From Thermodesulfobacteriota bacterium (GTDB lineage Bacteria > Desulfobacterota > Desulfobulbia > Desulfobulbales > SURF-16): DNA of 64,000 nucleotides. The notes below the pieces were generated by a model. It was given only the letters and a program-made list of their open reading frames with translations. It was not told the DNA's origin and made no database searches. The stretch spans positions 20,459-84,458 of the forward strand of contig JBDLJA010000001.1 of NCBI GenBank assembly GCA_039714595.1, in the 5' to 3' direction. Made by a program: the position numbers and the translations under genes. Each line of letters opens with the position of its first letter. Position 1 is the first letter of the stretch. Positions 46,255 to 56,671 of the stretch are shown in pieces.

Positions 46255-46950
46255 TCAGGCGACCAGAACCGGCATCTGCCGCCGGCCGCCATTACTCCCC
46301 TCCCCCTTCTTGTCCTCCGGGCTACCCTTTTCCGCAACCTGCTGCTGTTGTTGCTGCTGCACACTTGGGGTTAGGGCGGAGAGATTAAACTCCACCTTAT
46401 AGAGAAGCTTGATGGAACTCACCTCACCCGCCTGGGCCTCAATATTCAGGTAATCATTAATATTAAGATCCAACCGCACCGCCGGATCGTTGGCATCAAA
46501 ACTCGTATCCCACTGAACCTTGTGGATGAACGGGATCAGAAACTTTTTTTCCTTATTCGTGGCGCTATTCGTGACGCTCTTTTTTTCATCTTTCCCGGGG
46601 GTTAGCCCGAACAGCCCGGAACCAGTTGTTTCAGGGCCAACTTGCCCATACTCACCCTTCAGGTGAAGATACCTGGCCGTATCTGAAACAACGTCCTCCA
46701 CATGCTCCACAAATTTCCGGGCCCCGGGCAGAAGATCCAGGTCAAAGAGGACAATCTGGGCGATAATCAAGGGATTGGCCTTGGTGGGCTCATCCTCCTG
46801 CAGGGATTGGCTCTCCCAGTTGCTGGGATCACCGCCATAGTCGAAATCTTCCTGGGCGTGGAGGGATGGCTGGGCTATCAGGCTGATTAAGAAAAATTGC
46901 ACCACAAACAGCGTGCTGATGGACATCCAGAAAGTTCCCATCTTCGACAT
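46255..46950 (-). CDS. Secreted hypothetical protein with a poly-Gln run
   Basis: Start at MSKMGTFWMSISTLFVVQFFLISLIAQPSLHA (ATG comp 46948-46950, GAGGTGGGAG SD). Has a signal peptide and a Q7 tract near the C-terminus. No recognised domain. Confidence 0.6.
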   Translation of the reverse strand: MSKMGTFWMSISTLFVVQFFLISLIAQPSLHAQEDFDYGGDPSNWESQSLQEDEPTKANPLIIAQIVLFDLDLLPGARKFVEHVEDVVSDTARYLHLKGEYGQVGPETTGSGLFGLTPGKDEKKSVTNSATNKEKKFLIPFIHKVQWDTSFDANDPAVRLDLNINDYLNIEAQAGEVSSIKLLYKVEFNLSALTPSVQQQQQQQVAEKGSPEDKKGEGSNGGRRQMPVLVA

Positions 46951-47865
46951 GGCTCCCACCTCTGTTAGTGGCTGGCAGTAGGTCGTCCGCAGGCGACCCT
47001 GAGCATGCATCCGGCCCTCTCAACCTATGGTTGAGGATGCGGAAGGGCTTTTTTTGCTGGCGGACCTGTTTCCGCCAGCCGATTTTCATCTAACTTCCAA
47101 GCAGGCCAGGTAACGAGACACACCAATTACTTAGGTCTTGACTGCTGGTGCGACCTCCCTGGCCTGTTACTAAAAATCTTTTTTCAAATACTTGAAGATG
47201 AAGTTGACCATCGGTAACGCCCTTTTGGCCGCCACCCTTCAAACTTTGTATTTTCGCGACCCCTCCTATCAGGTCCACAGGTTGTTTTTGTTGGCCTTGG
47301 GCAAACCCCGTTCTGCCAGAACCGGGGATAAACTGTTGGGAGTTTCCATGATCGCCTCTGATCATGGGAACCGTGAAGGTTATAAAAAAAGCTGGAGAGG
47401 AGATGGACCACCCTAAAACTTTTGTCCAGCAGCCGTTGCCCTTGTTAAAGATCAGCAACAGCCAAAGTCAAACTCCCTTCTCACCTTCTCAGACCACGGG
47501 CTTTACGCCCCTTGATTAATTTCTTGACCGGTTCTTTAAAGAGGAGTTGGCCCCCTTTGGTTGTTGCGGCCTTGGGAGACCCTTGTCCCCCGTTAGCATC
47601 TTTATTTGCAGGGTATGTGCCAGGGAAAAAACAATCTCGGAAAGACAACAAAATCAGGAAATTGGGCCGTGAAGCCGGGCCGGGCAACCGTCTCAGACCA
47701 CCCTATTGTTTACAGTTATCCGGAAATGAGAGGCAAATCGCAGAGAATTATCATATGAAACTCAATAGATAGACAGGAAGGGCGGGGGGGAGAATCCACT
47801 TCGGAAATCCGGAGAGAAACAGCCAAGCCCTGGGGCACCAAGGGAAAAGGCCATTGAAAGCATAG

Positions 47866-47895
47866 AAAAAAGGGCGAAAATCGGCCTTTTTTTTA
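47866..47895 (-). terminator. Probable terminator downstream of the CDF transporter gene
   Basis: Imperfect hairpin GGGCGA-AAA-TCGGCC flanked by A6 and T8 runs. One G-G mismatch. Confidence 0.4.
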
Positions 47896-47926
47896 CGCTT
47901 ATCAGGAAGGGCAACCTCAGCTACGG

Positions 47927-48835
47927 TTAATCGCGGAGAACAGGCTCAAAGAAGAGCCAGAGGATCTGGGGAAATTCGGCCTTTAAGGCGCTCTTGCACC
48001 GCTTAATATCAGCAATCATATCGGCGGAGCGCAAGGTGGGCCGCATCCTGGCCTTGACGGCCAGCAAGACATCTTCACCAAGCTGGATGGTAAGAAGGTT
48101 GTCTACGTGATCCACCTCCTTCATTGCTGTCAAAAAAGAGACCAGCCGTTCCCTGGTTTCAGGTTCAACCCCCTGGCCAATGAGCAGCGATTTAACCTCA
48201 ACACCGATCATTATCGCCATGAAGATAAGGAGAACACCAATGACAATGGCGCCAATGGCGTCATAGACGGGTGAACCGGTAATCAGGGAGGCAATGAGCG
48301 CCGCCAGGGCCAGAAAAAGAGCGACAATCCCAGTGGCATCCTCGCCAAAGACCAGCTGCAGGTCACTCTGGCGGGTCTCCCTGAGCCAGCAGAGGAGGCT
48401 GCGCCTGCCCCGCACCTTGTTTACCTCCCGCCGACAGCCCCATAAAGAGGTGAACTCAGCCACCAGGGCAAAGACCAGGACAACAAGGGCCACCAGGGGG
48501 TAAGTGAGCTCCTGGGGGTTATTTAACCTGCTCACCCCCTCATAGATCGCGTAAATCCCGGCCATGGAATAGAGGATGAGGGCCACGACAAATGACCAGA
48601 AATAAACGGCCTTGCCATAGCCCAGGGGATATTGATCCGTCGGCGGCCGCTTAGCGCTGCGCAATCCCAGCAGGAGCAAGAGCTGGCTTACGGTATCAAC
48701 CAGGGAGTGGCTGGCCTCGGCCAGCATCACCCCGGAACCGGTAAAGAGCGCGGCCAGCAATTTGCTAAGAGCAACGACAAGGCCCGCGGCCAGGGCAAAG
48801 AAGATGGATTTTAGAGAGTCGGCTCCGGTTGACAT
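47927..48835 (-). CDS. Cation diffusion facilitator (CDF) family divalent-metal efflux transporter
   Basis: 302-aa ORF. Six TM helices, metal-site motif HSLVDTVSQ, and a C-terminal cytoplasmic domain. Confidence 0.85.
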   Translation of the reverse strand: MSTGADSLKSIFFALAAGLVVALSKLLAALFTGSGVMLAEASHSLVDTVSQLLLLLGLRSAKRPPTDQYPLGYGKAVYFWSFVVALILYSMAGIYAIYEGVSRLNNPQELTYPLVALVVLVFALVAEFTSLWGCRREVNKVRGRRSLLCWLRETRQSDLQLVFGEDATGIVALFLALAALIASLITGSPVYDAIGAIVIGVLLIFMAIMIGVEVKSLLIGQGVEPETRERLVSFLTAMKEVDHVDNLLTIQLGEDVLLAVKARMRPTLRSADMIADIKRCKSALKAEFPQILWLFFEPVLRD

Positions 48836-49022
48836 GGCTGTGGCCAGTTAAAAGTTTTGGGCGATGGGGCCCCAAGGCTGACAGGGGCCCCACGGGGAGA
48901 AGCAAAAGATTATTGGTTCTTCTCTAGCAATGCAAGCTCAGGGACTAGGCTAGCACAGGGAGAAGAGTAAGATGAAGAGGAAAGGTAAAGAAGGGCTGCT
49001 CTCTCTCTCTTATGGCCTGCAG

Positions 49023-51158
49023 TTAAGCGTCATACTCCTGGCGCACCAGGATCTCCCTGGGCTTGGCGCCGTCGGCCGGGCCGATAATCCCCTCCCGTTC
49101 CATCATCTCAATGATCCGGGCCGCCCGATTGTAACCGATGCGCAGGCGGCGCTGGACCATGGAGATTGAGGCCTGGCCGCTCTCGCAGACAAGGGCCACG
49201 GCCTCGTCATACTTATCGTCATGCTCCCCATCTTCCATCTCAGCCGCGGCGGGTCCCTCCTCCACCGATTTAACCATCTCCTCATCATAGGTCGCCGAAC
49301 CCTGTTCCTTCAGGAAGGTGACAATGCGCTCGGTCTCGGCCTCGGAGATGTACGCCCCATGGATACGCTGGAGGCTGGCGGTACCAGGTGGCAGGAAGAG
49401 CATGTCACCGGCCCCCAGGAGATGCTCGGCCCCGGAGGTGTCGAGGATGGTGCGGGAATCAATCTTGGATGAGACCTTGAAGGACATCCGGGTGGGGAAG
49501 TTGGCCTTGATGAGACCGGTCAAGACATCCACCGACGGCCTCTGGGTGGCCAGGATCAGGTGCATCCCGGCCGCCCGGGCCATCTGGGCCAGGCGGGCCA
49601 CCGCCCCTTCCACCTCGTTGGAGGAGACCATCATCAGATCGGCCAGCTCATCAATGATAATAACGATGAGGGGCATCTTCTCCTCAGCCACCTCGTTATA
49701 GCTGGCAAAACTCTTGACCCGCTGCTCCTCCATCATGGTGTAGCGCCGTTCCATCTCCCGCACGGCCCAGTTCAGGGCGCGACTGGCCATCTTGGGATCC
49801 ACCACCACCGGGTGGAGGAGATGGGGGATGCCCTCATAGCCGGAGAGCTCGATGCGCTTGGGGTCCACCATGAGCAACCGCACCTCGTCCGGGGTGGCCT
49901 TGAGAAGGATGGAGCAGATAATGGTGTTAATGGCCACAGACTTGCCGGCCCCAGTGGCCCCGGCGATGAGAAGATGGGGCATGCGGGCCAGATCGGCGGT
50001 AACCGGAGCCCCCACCACGTCCATCCCCAGCCCCAGGGTGAGTTTGGAGTCGCCCTGGAGAAACTGGGGGTTGGAGAGGATATCGCGGACATAGACGATC
50101 TGGCGCAGCTTGTTGGGGATCTCAACCCCCATGGCCGCCTTGCCCGGAATGGAGCCAACGATGCGCACGGCCTGGACCTTGAGGCCCATGGCCAGGTCGT
50201 CGGTGAGGGAAACCACCTTCTGGATCTTCACCCCCGGGGCCGGCTCAAACTCATAGGTGGTGACCACCGGACCAGGTGAGATACCCACCACCGTACCCTT
50301 CACCCCGAAGTCGAGGAGTTTCTTCTCCAGCTCCTGACTCACCTGGTGGAAGAAATCACGGTCTATAGTGACCTCCTCCTGCTCAGGCCGGTCCAGAAGA
50401 TTTAAGGAGGGTAGTTGATACTCCCCTGGCGCCACCGCCAATGGTTCAAACTCCTTATCGTCATCAGGGGCGGGCAAGCGCACCGGCTCTTTAACCGCCG
50501 GCAGAAGAGCCAGCTCCCCCCCGGCCCCCTGGGGCTGCTTCGCCTTGGCGCTCCTGCCGGTAACCGTTGTCGCCGCCGAGGCCTGCTCGCCGGGCTCCCG
50601 GCGAAACAGGGCCATGAGCCGCGCCCCCCCCTGCCAGCAGAAGGCCAGGCAGCTTGTGGGGGTAAGGTGGAGGATCAGGAGGATGGAGAGGAGGCAGAGG
50701 GTGCCACTGATGAGCAAGAGGCCAGGCCCCCCCAGGTAGACAGATAGGCGCTGGTAGAGAAAATCACCCAGAAAGCCACCCAGGGGGTAGCTGCGCCCCC
50801 AGAGGGTAACGTAGTTGCCGCCCACCGCCCCCAGGAGGACGACACTGGAGAAGAAGAGGCCGGTGACGCCAAGGGAGAGGGAAGGCAGGCGGCCCATGAG
50901 ACTGGCAGAGCTGAAGAGAGAAAAACTGCAGAAAAAGCTGAAGAGGGGCAGCCAGAATGAGCTGAGCCCGGCGGAGCCCATCAGGGCCGTGGCAAAGAGC
51001 TGGCCCAGGGCCCCGCCCCAGTTGGCCTGGCCCGGAGCAGCGCCGGGTACTGAAAAGCTGATGAGGCATAGCAAGACAAAGATGCCGAAGACCAGACAGA
51101 TGGTGGCTGTAACTTCCCGGCCCAGGGCCGGCGGACTAACGCTCTGTTTTTTTGACAT
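49023..51158 (-). CDS. ftsK: DNA translocase FtsK/SpoIIIE
   Basis: 711-aa ORF. N-terminal TM helices, Walker A HLLIAGATGAGKSV, and a C-terminal gamma wHTH domain (SISMVQRRLRIGYNRAARIIEMME). Confidence 0.95.
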   Translation of the reverse strand: MSKKQSVSPPALGREVTATICLVFGIFVLLCLISFSVPGAAPGQANWGGALGQLFATALMGSAGLSSFWLPLFSFFCSFSLFSSASLMGRLPSLSLGVTGLFFSSVVLLGAVGGNYVTLWGRSYPLGGFLGDFLYQRLSVYLGGPGLLLISGTLCLLSILLILHLTPTSCLAFCWQGGARLMALFRREPGEQASAATTVTGRSAKAKQPQGAGGELALLPAVKEPVRLPAPDDDKEFEPLAVAPGEYQLPSLNLLDRPEQEEVTIDRDFFHQVSQELEKKLLDFGVKGTVVGISPGPVVTTYEFEPAPGVKIQKVVSLTDDLAMGLKVQAVRIVGSIPGKAAMGVEIPNKLRQIVYVRDILSNPQFLQGDSKLTLGLGMDVVGAPVTADLARMPHLLIAGATGAGKSVAINTIICSILLKATPDEVRLLMVDPKRIELSGYEGIPHLLHPVVVDPKMASRALNWAVREMERRYTMMEEQRVKSFASYNEVAEEKMPLIVIIIDELADLMMVSSNEVEGAVARLAQMARAAGMHLILATQRPSVDVLTGLIKANFPTRMSFKVSSKIDSRTILDTSGAEHLLGAGDMLFLPPGTASLQRIHGAYISEAETERIVTFLKEQGSATYDEEMVKSVEEGPAAAEMEDGEHDDKYDEAVALVCESGQASISMVQRRLRIGYNRAARIIEMMEREGIIGPADGAKPREILVRQEYDA

Positions 51159-51259
51159 AAATCTCCCACAGCAGTGGGTGTCGCGTCATTTCATCCTTGA
51201 CCCGACACTAACTTGTGCCCCAAAGGGGGATGCGGCCAGTGATACGCACCCCGGGGCAG

Positions 51260-51661
51260 CTAATCGGCCTTGGCGACGGCGTCAAGGATGCCGTTGATAA
51301 AGGCCAGCGCCTCACCGGCGGAAAAACGTTTGGCCAGCTCCATCGCCTCATTTATCGCGACCTGAGGGGGCACGTCATCGATGAAACGTATCTCATAGGT
51401 GGCAAGGCGGAGGATGTTACGGTCCACCGAATCCATCCTCTCTAAGCGCCACTGGTGGGAGTGCTCATTGAGGATCTCGTCGATCTCAACACGCCGCTCC
51501 CGGACCCCTGCCACCAACGCCTCGGCATAGGCCATCGCCTTCTTGGGCGCCTCGAAGTTCACCTTGATAGTGGTCACCCCCACCTCCCGGTCGGGGTTAA
51601 AGTCCCACTGGTAGAGACATTGCAGGGCCAGTTGTCTGGCCTTATGGCGGTTACCTTTCAT
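51260..51661 (-). CDS. nusB: Transcription antitermination factor NusB
   Basis: 133-aa ORF. RHKARQLALQCLYQWDF and ATYEIRF...VAINEAMELAK. Confidence 0.92.
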   Translation of the reverse strand: MKGNRHKARQLALQCLYQWDFNPDREVGVTTIKVNFEAPKKAMAYAEALVAGVRERRVEIDEILNEHSHQWRLERMDSVDRNILRLATYEIRFIDDVPPQVAINEAMELAKRFSAGEALAFINGILDAVAKAD

Positions 51662-51756
51662 TATTTTCTATTATGAAAGTTCTTTTTGCGGGACGAACAT
51701 CTCCGCTGGAGACGCGAAGGGGAGAATATCCGGCCCATAAGAAGTTTATCTGGCAG

Positions 51757-52221
51757 CTATACCAAGTCGAGGAGATTAACCATCTCAATGGCGGTGGCGG
51801 CGCAGTCAGCGCCTTTATTTCCCGCCTTGGTACCGGCCCGTTCAATGGCCTGCTCAATGGTGTCGGTGGTCAAGATGCCGAAGATGATGGGCAGATCCGC
51901 CTCCATGCTGGCCTGGGCAATACCCTTGGCCGCCTCATTGGCAACAAAATCAAAGTGGGGGGTGGCACCCCTGATCACGGCGCCCAGACAGATCACCGCG
52001 TCATAATTGCCGGAGTTAGCAAGACGCTGGGCCACCAGGGGAATCTCATAGGCGCCCGGCACCCGGACCACCACGACATCATCATCACTGGCCCCGGAAC
52101 GAACCAGGGTATCCATGGCCCCTTCCACCAGCCGTTCGCCGATGAACGAATTAAAACGGCCCACCACGATGGCGAACTTCTTACCCTCTGCCTGTAAACT
52201 TCCTTCCAGATACTTGGCCAT
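51757..52221 (-). CDS. ribH: 6,7-dimethyl-8-ribityllumazine synthase
   Basis: 154-aa [20 protein letters not shown] and GATPHFDFV motifs. Confidence 0.95.
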   Translation of the reverse strand: MAKYLEGSLQAEGKKFAIVVGRFNSFIGERLVEGAMDTLVRSGASDDDVVVVRVPGAYEIPLVAQRLANSGNYDAVICLGAVIRGATPHFDFVANEAAKGIAQASMEADLPIIFGILTTDTIEQAIERAGTKAGNKGADCAATAIEMVNLLDLV

Positions 52222-52424
52222 AACTCTTCTTCCTTATTGATTTCTCTGATATTTTTTTTGACTGACAGAAAGCGGTGCTGCCCCCAAAGACTATCGTGGA
52301 ACCCTCAGCATAAGTTACCTGATACCGGGGCAGGTCAGATTGCCAGAGAGCAGCAGCAAACCTTCCCTGCAAAGGCAGATTATAACCTTTTTCCCAGGCA
52401 ACTCAACCTTGGAACTTGCCGAAT

Positions 52425-53642
52425 TTACTTATCTTCCTCGGCAAGATCCAGGAGATGGCCCATCTTGTCGCGCTTGGTCTGCAGGTAACCTAAGTTTTCC
52501 GGCACCGGTTCACACTCAATGGCCACCCGGTCCACCACCTGCAGGCCGTAACCCTCCAGGCCAATGATCTTCTTGGGGTTATTGGTCATAAGGCGCATCT
52601 TCCGCACCCCCAGGTCACGCAAGATCTGGGCCCCGATGCCGTAGTCACGCAGGTCCGCCTTGAAGCCCAGCTTATGGTTGGCCTCCACCGTATCCAGCCC
52701 CTCATCCTGCAGGGCGTAGGCCTTGAGCTTGTTGACCAGACCAATGCCGCGCCCCTCCTGGTGCATGTAGAGGATGACGCCGCTGCCCTCGCGGTCCACC
52801 ATATTCATGGCCGAGTGGAGCTGGCCGCCACAGTCACAGCGCATGGAGCCGAAGACGTCCCCGGTGAGGCATTCGGAATGGACCCGGACCAGCACCGGCT
52901 TGTCCGGATCGATCTCGCCCTTGACCAGGGCCACATGCTCGTGGCTATCAACATCATTGGTGTAGGCCACCACCTTGAACTCGCCCCCGAAACGGGTGGG
53001 CATCTTCACCTCGGCCGCCCGCTGCACCAGGGTATCCTTCTGCATCCGGTAGGCCACCAGGTCGGCAATGGTGGCAATCTTCAGATCATGCTCCCGGGCA
53101 AAGACCTCCAGGTCGGGCATCCGGGCCATGGTGCCATCGTCCTTCATGATCTCACAGATAACGCCGGCGGGATTGAGACCGGCCAGCTTACAGAGATCCA
53201 CCGACCCCTCGGTCTGGCCGGTGCGAACCAGCACCCCGCCCCGTCTGGCCCGCAGGGGAAAGACATGGCCGGGTGAGACCAGATCGGCTGGTTTGGCGTC
53301 AAGGGCCGCTGCCACCTGGATGGTATGGGCCCGGTCAGCGGCCGAGATGCCGGTGGTCACCCCGGTCCTCGCCTCGATACTGACGGTGAAGCCGGTGCCA
53401 AAGGCGCAGGTATTGTTCTGGACCATCATGGGGATATCAATCTGATCAAGATGCTCCGGGGTCAGGGTGAGACAGATCAGGCCGCGGCCATGGGTGGCCA
53501 TGAAGTTAATGGCCTCTGGGGTGGCGTACTCGGCGGCCATGAAGAGGTCGCCCTCGTTTTCCCGGTCCTCGTCATCCACCAGGATGATCATCTTGCCGGC
53601 CTTGATCTCCGCCAGGACCTCTTCAATACTACTTATAGCCAT
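52425..53642 (-). CDS. ribBA: Bifunctional 3,4-dihydroxy-2-butanone-4-phosphate synthase / GTP cyclohydrolase II
   Basis: 405-aa [14 protein letters not shown] (RibB) and [21 protein letters not shown] (RibA Zn site). Confidence 0.95.
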   Translation of the reverse strand: MAISSIEEVLAEIKAGKMIILVDDEDRENEGDLFMAAEYATPEAINFMATHGRGLICLTLTPEHLDQIDIPMMVQNNTCAFGTGFTVSIEARTGVTTGISAADRAHTIQVAAALDAKPADLVSPGHVFPLRARRGGVLVRTGQTEGSVDLCKLAGLNPAGVICEIMKDDGTMARMPDLEVFAREHDLKIATIADLVAYRMQKDTLVQRAAEVKMPTRFGGEFKVVAYTNDVDSHEHVALVKGEIDPDKPVLVRVHSECLTGDVFGSMRCDCGGQLHSAMNMVDREGSGVILYMHQEGRGIGLVNKLKAYALQDEGLDTVEANHKLGFKADLRDYGIGAQILRDLGVRKMRLMTNNPKKIIGLEGYGLQVVDRVAIECEPVPENLGYLQTKRDKMGHLLDLAEEDK

Positions 53643-53756
53643 ACAATTTACCTCGTTATTTCAAAAAGTTACTTTAGTTATCAACACGTTGCGAAGGACA
53701 AATCACCTCTTCGTAAAGAGAGCGCAATCGCAATAATCGGGCAAAAGCCTCAGGTT

Positions 53757-54413
53757 CTACTTCCAGAAACCATGCTCGGCTAGAAAGGAGGAACTCAGTT
53801 TAGAGGGAGCAGAGGCTGGATTGCCGCCAGCGCCCAGCAGTTTCTCCACATACTTGCCAATGAGGTCCACCTCAATATTCACCGCGTCCCCCTGGCGCAG
53901 CTTCCCCAGGCTGGTGATCTGCAGGGTGTGGGGGATGATGGCCACCGAGAAGCTCGTCTCGTCACACTGGTTCACCGTGAGGCTGATACCGTCAATGGTG
54001 ATGGAGCCCTTTTCAATGATGTAGCGGCTTATCTCCGCGGGGATGGCAAAGGCAAAACGGGTGAAATCACCCTCGGCTACCCGGCTTGCCACCGTTGCCA
54101 CCGCGTCCACATGGCCGCTGACCAGATGTCCCCCCAGCCGGTCGGCAAGGCGCAGGGCCCTCTCAAGGTTCAGCTTATCACCGGCCGCCTTATCGCCAAG
54201 GTTAGAGCGAGTCAAACTCTCAGGGGATACGTCCACCGTAAACCTGCGGCCGGCAAAGGAGGTGGCGGTGAGACAGACACCGTTACAGGCAATGGACTCA
54301 CCCTCCTCCGGCTCGCTAATCTCAAAATCGGCGTCGATGGTAAAGAGCATCCCGCCGCCGGCGGGGCGCTTGCTGACCAGGGTACCCATACCCTGAATTA
54401 GACCGGTAAACAT
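53757..54413 (-). CDS. ribE: Riboflavin synthase alpha chain
   Basis: Start at MFTGLIQGMG (ATG comp 54411-54413). Duplicated lumazine-binding repeats (GESIACNGVCLT / GSITIDGISLT). Confidence 0.93.
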   Translation of the reverse strand: MFTGLIQGMGTLVSKRPAGGGMLFTIDADFEISEPEEGESIACNGVCLTATSFAGRRFTVDVSPESLTRSNLGDKAAGDKLNLERALRLADRLGGHLVSGHVDAVATVASRVAEGDFTRFAFAIPAEISRYIIEKGSITIDGISLTVNQCDETSFSVAIIPHTLQITSLGKLRQGDAVNIEVDLIGKYVEKLLGAGGNPASAPSKLSSSFLAEHGFWK

Positions 54414-54417
54414 TTTT

Positions 54418-55566
54418 CTACCCTTCGCCTCGTTTTGGGCCGTTGGCCCCAATCCCCGTAAAAAGTCCCTCAAGCAACACGTCGCTGCCAAAACGTTTGA
54501 CCCGCTCAAGCTGCAGACGCCGGCCCTGGGCCACATCTTCGATGGCCAAGGCGCCAACCAGAGGGATCGACTCCTGACCTAAAAAAAGGGGGGCCAGAAA
54601 GAGGGATACCTGATCCACCAGACCCTGGCTCAGAAATGAGGTGTGCACCCCGCTTCCCCCCTCGACCAGGAGCGAATTAAGCTGATTTTCGCCCAGCCGG
54701 GCCAGGACCTGTTCCAGGTCAAGGCCGCCTCCAGGGCCGCGCTCCACCACAAGGACTTTAGCCCCGGCCGCCTCCAGGGCCTGGCGCCGCTGCCGAGGGG
54801 CATCAGGCCCGCAGAAGAGCCAGGTGGGGGCCGCTGAATCCTGGTTGAGCATCTGGGCGTTTTCTGGCAAGCGCAGCTGGCTGTCCAGGACCACCCGGAC
54901 GGGGTCACGCCCCTTGCCCCGCTTCAGCCGGGTGGTAAGGGAGGGGTCATCATTTATGGCCGTCTCCACCCCCACCAGGATGGCATCCAAACGGTCCCGC
55001 AGGCGGTGCACCTCCTGGCGCGACTCGGGGCCGGTGATAAAGGCGCAGCGGCCATCCGCCACGGCGATCTTACCGTCAAGACTGCAGCCGGCCTTCATAA
55101 CCACCCAGGGCAGACCGGTGGAGATATGTTTCAGAAAAGGGCGGTTAAGGGCCCGGCACTTGCTCGCCAGAACCTCTCCTGCCACCTCAACCCCCTGTGA
55201 CTCAAGATAACGGCAGCCGCTGCCAGCCACCAGCGGGTTGGGGTCAACCATTCCCACCACCACCCGCTTGATACCACTGGCAATAATGGCCTTAGTACAG
55301 GGCGGCGTCTTGCCGGTATGGTTACACGGCTCCAGGCTGACATAGATGGTGGCGCCAGCCGCCGCCTCCCCGGCCCGGCCCAGGGCGTGAACCTCGGCGT
55401 GGGGGGTACCGGCCTTTTTATGATAGCCCGTGGCGATAACCTGGCCATCCTTGACCACCACCGCGCCCACACAGGGGTTGGGGGAGGTGCGACCCAGCCC
55501 TTTCCGCGCCTCACGGAGGGCAAGGCGCATAAATGGCAGGTCAGAGTCTGCTGGCGCGCGCATCAA
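54418..55566 (-). CDS. ribD: Bifunctional diaminohydroxyphosphoribosylaminopyrimidine deaminase / 5-amino-6-(5-phosphoribosylamino)uracil reductase
   Basis: 382-aa ORF. Deaminase Zn motifs HAEVHAL and PCNHTGKTPPC, with a reductase C-terminal half. Confidence 0.93.
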   Translation of the reverse strand: MMRAPADSDLPFMRLALREARKGLGRTSPNPCVGAVVVKDGQVIATGYHKKAGTPHAEVHALGRAGEAAAGATIYVSLEPCNHTGKTPPCTKAIIASGIKRVVVGMVDPNPLVAGSGCRYLESQGVEVAGEVLASKCRALNRPFLKHISTGLPWVVMKAGCSLDGKIAVADGRCAFITGPESRQEVHRLRDRLDAILVGVETAINDDPSLTTRLKRGKGRDPVRVVLDSQLRLPENAQMLNQDSAAPTWLFCGPDAPRQRRQALEAAGAKVLVVERGPGGGLDLEQVLARLGENQLNSLLVEGGSGVHTSFLSQGLVDQVSLFLAPLFLGQESIPLVGALAIEDVAQGRRLQLERVKRFGSDVLLEGLFTGIGANGPKRGEG

Positions 55567-55575
55567 TGAGGTCCC

Positions 55576-56046
55576 CTAGACCAACTCCTCAGCATCAGCC
55601 CCCAGCAGGCCTTTCAGCTCATCCATGAACTCATTCAAGTCCTTAAACTGGCGATATACCGAGGCAAAGCGCACATAGGCCACCTCATCGAGGTTGCGCA
55701 GACCGTCCATGAGCCGCGCCCCCACCAGCTTCACCGGGATCTCCCGTTCCCCCATGTCCTGCAGGTCACGCTCCAGGCTATCGACAAAATCCTCGATCTC
55801 ACTCATGGAAACAGGCCGTTTTTCACACGCCTTCTTAAGGCCGTTAACCACCTTATTACGGTCCCAGGTCTCCCGCCGCCCATCCTTCTTGATCAGCATG
55901 GGCATGGTCACCTCCAACCGCTCATAGGTGGTAAAACGCCTTTCACACTCCTCACATTTCCGGCGGCGCCGGGTGATGGTGTAATCTTTGTTGAGACGGG
56001 AGTCAACGACCTTGTTTTCCAGGTGACCACAGTAGGGACATTTCAT
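55576..56046 (-). CDS. nrdR: Transcriptional repressor NrdR
   Basis: 156-aa ORF. MKCPYCG...[12 protein letters not shown] zinc ribbon plus an ATP-cone. Confidence 0.95.
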   Translation of the reverse strand: MKCPYCGHLENKVVDSRLNKDYTITRRRRKCEECERRFTTYERLEVTMPMLIKKDGRRETWDRNKVVNGLKKACEKRPVSMSEIEDFVDSLERDLQDMGEREIPVKLVGARLMDGLRNLDEVAYVRFASVYRQFKDLNEFMDELKGLLGADAEELV

Positions 56047-56218
56047 AACTTTTGCTTACCACTTTCTTTTTATGCCGGGAAGGGACTGGCCCCTTGCCGC
56101 GCAGCATTTACGGGAATAACAGCAGGGCCTTCCCCGGCAAACCGACAACGGCATGACCAGCAAAGAGAGGAGCGCCCCTTTTCCCAGAAAAACTTGAGAG
56201 CAGACAAGCCTGCCCCGT

Positions 56219-56671
56219 TTATAACTGAATCAACTCAATACCCGCCTCAGCCAGCATCTCCGCCCCCAGGGGGTCGGCGTAACCCTCACCGTAGTAGATC
56301 CGCCGCACCTGGGCGTTAATCAGCATCTTGGCGCAGATGGAGCAGGGGCTGTTGGTGCAGTAGAGATCGCAACCGCTTATACTCACCCCATGGGTGGCGG
56401 CCTGGATGATGGCGTTCTGCTCGGCGTGCAATCCCCGACACAGCTCATGGCGCTCGCCGGACGGCACCTTAAGTTGGGCCCGCAGGCAGCCAACCTCGGC
56501 GCAGTGACTGATCCCGGTGGGCACCCCGTTGTAACCGGTGGCCATCACCCGCTTGTCACGGACCAGCACCGCCCCCACCTTGCGCCGGGTGCAGGTGGAA
56601 CGCTGGGCCACAAGCTCAGCTATGTCGCGAAAATATTCGGGCCAGGAGGGCCGCTCGTCAACCGCCATCAT
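56219..56671 (-). CDS. dCMP deaminase-family zinc deaminase (ComEB-like)
   Basis: 150-aa ORF. HAEQNAI and [12 protein letters not shown] motifs. ATGA overlap with glyA. Confidence 0.88.
   Translation of the reverse strand: MMAVDERPSWPEYFRDIAELVAQRSTCTRRKVGAVLVRDKRVMATGYNGVPTGISHCAEVGCLRAQLKVPSGERHELCRGLHAEQNAIIQAATHGVSISGCDLYCTNSPCSICAKMLINAQVRRIYYGEGYADPLGAEMLAEAGIELIQL

Noticed and set aside
47090-47772. Track ORFs 47090..47458-, 47184..47411-, 47192..47416+, 47481..47687- and 47512..47772+ as possible genes.
   Set aside because: They overlap one another on both strands, start with TTG or lack an SD, and show low-complexity Gly/Gln/Arg/Lys composition with no motifs. I treat the region as non-coding (see finding).
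52222-52424. FMN (RFN) riboswitch expected somewhere in the rib operon. I inspected the 200-nt ribBA-ribH spacer and the 53643-53756 spacer.
   Set aside because: Neither shows the conserved RFN core (GGGCAGGGUGAAAUUCCC ... CCGACAGU..AGUCUGGAUGGGAGA). The 52222-52424 spacer has a CTGCCCC/GGGGCAG stem, but nothing family-specific.
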